From positions 1-64,000 of the IMG/VR virus record IMGVR_UViG_3300021400_001346: a DNA stretch of 64,000 nt. One strand, written 5' to 3'. Both the position numbers and the translations under genes were made by a program. Shown one piece after another: positions 61,206 to 64,000 of the stretch; the stretch's first letter is position 1, and each line of letters starts with the position of its first letter. This DNA is from a virus (lineage: Duplodnaviria; Caudoviricetes). The notes beneath the pieces are model-generated. The model made no database searches, had not been told where the DNA came from, and saw nothing but the letters and a program-made list of their open reading frames with translations.

Positions 61206-64000
61206 ATGGCTACAGACAATGAAATTAAAATTACATTAGAAGCTGCAAAATCAGTTAGAGACACCATCAAACAAGAAGGTGGTTTTTCTGGTAGAAAAGG
61301 CGAAGCCTCATTAGATAAAGTTAATAATGTTATTAAGACTATTGAAAAATTAGACCCTTCAAAAACTGACCTATTAAATAAAGAATTAAAAAACTTATCT
61401 TCTTTATTATTGAATGCATCTAAATATACTAAAGGAGTTAATTCTGACCTTGCGCAAGCAGTTACCAAATTACAAGAATTAAAAACTCAACAAAAGGATT
61501 TACAAAAAGAATTACGTGAGGCTTATAAAGCCCGTAAACAATCTATTGAACAATTAAAAGAAGATAAAGAAATTAGTAAATATACCTTTAGAAGTAAAAA
61601 AACAGGTGAAAATGTTTCTTCTTATAAAACAATTTCTGCTTTACATCAAGAAGGAAATCTACAAATTTATAATCAAGCGGGAACTCTTTTGAAAGGCGCT
61701 GCCGCAGACACTGTTTATCAAAATAGTTTTGGACAAGCAGACCTTGCCAGCCAACAAGTTGAAGCATTAAAAGAAAAACTTCAACAAAGCAAAACAAGTG
61801 CTGAACAAGTACAACTTCAAGTTGACCAATTAGAATTACAAGCAAAAGATGGAAAAGCTATTGCTGAAACACTTAAATTTGCTGGACAAATAGACAAAAT
61901 GACTGAGCCACCTGAACAAGATGTCGGTGGATTAGATACTGATGATATTAACTTACAAACTAATGCCATTGACAAACAAAATACTTCTCTTGGTAAAGCA
62001 TTTAAGCAATTTTCTATTTATGCAATTGCTTTAAGAACAGTTAAATCTGCTTTACGTGAAGCCACTCAAACTATTGCTCGTTTAGACCAATATCTTACTG
62101 AACAAGCAATGGTTACTGGTAAAACTCGTAAAGAAACTTATCAATTGCTTGAATCTTACCAAAGCATGGCAGGATCTCTTGGCACCACTACCAAAGAAGT
62201 TGCAGAAGTTACTACTCAATTCTTACGTCAAGGTAAAAGTGTTCAAGACTCTCTTAAATTAACAGAAGCCGCAATTTCTGCCGCAAAAGTTGCAGGTATT
62301 AGTGCGACTGAATCTGTTAACTATTTAACCACCGCTTTAAACGGTTTCCAATTAAGTGCGGATCAAGCTATCCGTGTTTCTGATAAATTCGCCGCAGTCG
62401 CTGCAACCGCCGCTACATCATACGACGAAATTGCTATTGCATTAAGTAAGGTTGCTGCACAAGCCAATCTTGCTGGTATGTCTATCGACTATACAACTGC
62501 CCTTTTAACAAAAGGTCTTGAAACAACTCGAGAAGCGCCAGAAACAATTGGTACTGCACTTAAAACTATTATCGCTCGTATGCGTGAGCTTTCCGATTAT
62601 GGTGAAACTCTCGGCGGCGATACTGATATCAACAACGTTGAATCACAATTGGCATATGTTGGTATTCAATTACGTGATAATAATGGAGAATTACGTTCAA
62701 CTGAAGACGTTTTAAATGATTTAGGACAAAAATGGGATACTTTAAATAGTAACCAACAAGCGGCTGTTGCAAAAGCACTTGCTGGTACACGTCAACAATC
62801 ACGTTTAATCGCTATGATGTCTGATTATGAACGTGTTCTTGAATTACAACAAATTTCTGAAAGATCTGCAGGTGCAACTGTTGCACAAATGGCAACCTAC
62901 CTTGAAGGTATGGAGGCCGCAACAAATCGTGTTCGTGTTGCATGAGAAACCATTATTACTACTGTTGCTAACAATGATTTAATTATAGGCTTAGTTAATA
63001 TTGGAGCTAATATATTAGACAGCATAAATGGTATCCTTGGAACTATGCCAGGTATGATTGCGGCCGTTACAATGTTATCTATACTTGGTTTAAATATTGT
63101 TGGTAACAAATTACGTGAATATCAAATTAGTAAAATACAAGCCAATTTAGACTTACAACGCGCTCAAGCTGACAATAAGGCTAATCAAGGACAAATTCGT
63201 GCAAATATTATTCAATTAGCACAAGAAAAGAAATTACAAAATGCTCAAGCAATAACAACAAAATTAACAGAAGCAGAAACTGCAGCTAAAATGGGAGATT
63301 TAGCCCAAGCTAAAAAATTAACTGCTGAAGCTAAACTTTTAAATACTGAAGGTGATGACCAAATTAATCAGCAATTCGAACTTTTAGAAGGTTTTCAATT
63401 ACAAGCTGATAATTTGGCTTTACAATCTTCTAATCTTTTAGGTCTTGCTGGAGCTTGAAGTGGTATTTTGACAATAGTTAATGCGATCAATACTGCATTA
63501 GGCATTGGCAATCTCCTTCAAATGGCAAGAGTTGCTTTAAAAGGTGCAGAAAATAAAGAAGATAAAAAAGCAATTGCTAACACGATGTTAAAAAATAAGG
63601 CAGAACTTAAAGGTTTACCTGGCCTTATTGCTAAAGCTTATGCTAAATCTGTTGCAAGTTTAGGACCAATTGCTGGCTCTATTGCATTTGCGTCTATTGC
63701 GGCTGCAATCACTGCCTTAGGAGTTATGGGTGGTATTGCAATCGCTGGAGGATTTAAACAAGCGGATCCATTAGACGATATTAATAAAACTTCTAATTCT
63801 ATTTACCAGCTTAATAAATCTACAACCGCTATTAAATCTACTATTTCTTCTTTTGAAAAGTTAGATGAACATATTATTAAAACTAAAAAAGATGCAGAAG
63901 ATATGGCTACCGCCCTCGAAGGTGCAGCAGATAAATTATCTTCTGATACTGAAGGTACTCTTCACAATATGTTAGGTCTTCGTGCCGGACAATCTGCACA
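61206..64000 (+). CDS. Tail tape measure protein (3' truncated; TGA=Trp)
   Basis: TP901-type core (FLRQG, TREAPETIGTALKTI, LAGTRQ); continues through TGA 62943 and 63456. Confidence 0.92.

Overview
A 64-kb stretch of a large, AT-rich tailed dsDNA phage (siphovirus-type head-tail module; host probably a gut/rumen Bacilli- or Mollicutes-like bacterium, inferred). The phage reads TGA as Trp: many genes split in the supplied ORF track join into full-length proteins, and TGA sits where paralogous genes in the window have TGG. Layout: 1-5.4 kb collagen-like tail fibre plus three tandem GT2-TPR glycosyltransferases; 5.4-7.6 kb a SipW-type peptidase/substrate cassette; 7.7-8.4 kb a tRNA whose UCA (UGA-reading) anticodon is split by a group I intron carrying a PD-(D/E)XK endonuclease; 8.4-44.3 kb a mostly leftward early/middle region (dUTPase, ligase, sigma factor, kinase, phosphatases, nucleases, about 33 tRNAs, tmRNA, a ROOL/GOLLD-like RNA and many unexplained structured non-coding tracts); 45.8-64 kb rightward terminase, portal, protease, capsid, tail, nrdHDG and tape measure. 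Most striking unexplained signals: (1) about 50 same-strand CCGTCT motifs in 38.8-43.6 kb, placed exactly 17 nt upstream of the -35 box at nine sigma-A-type promoters and flipping polarity at about 38.4 kb, with four paralogous winged-helix genes as candidate readers; (2) an intron-gated UGA-decoding tRNA with an odd extra arm. All calls and counts are by eye; no database searches were run.
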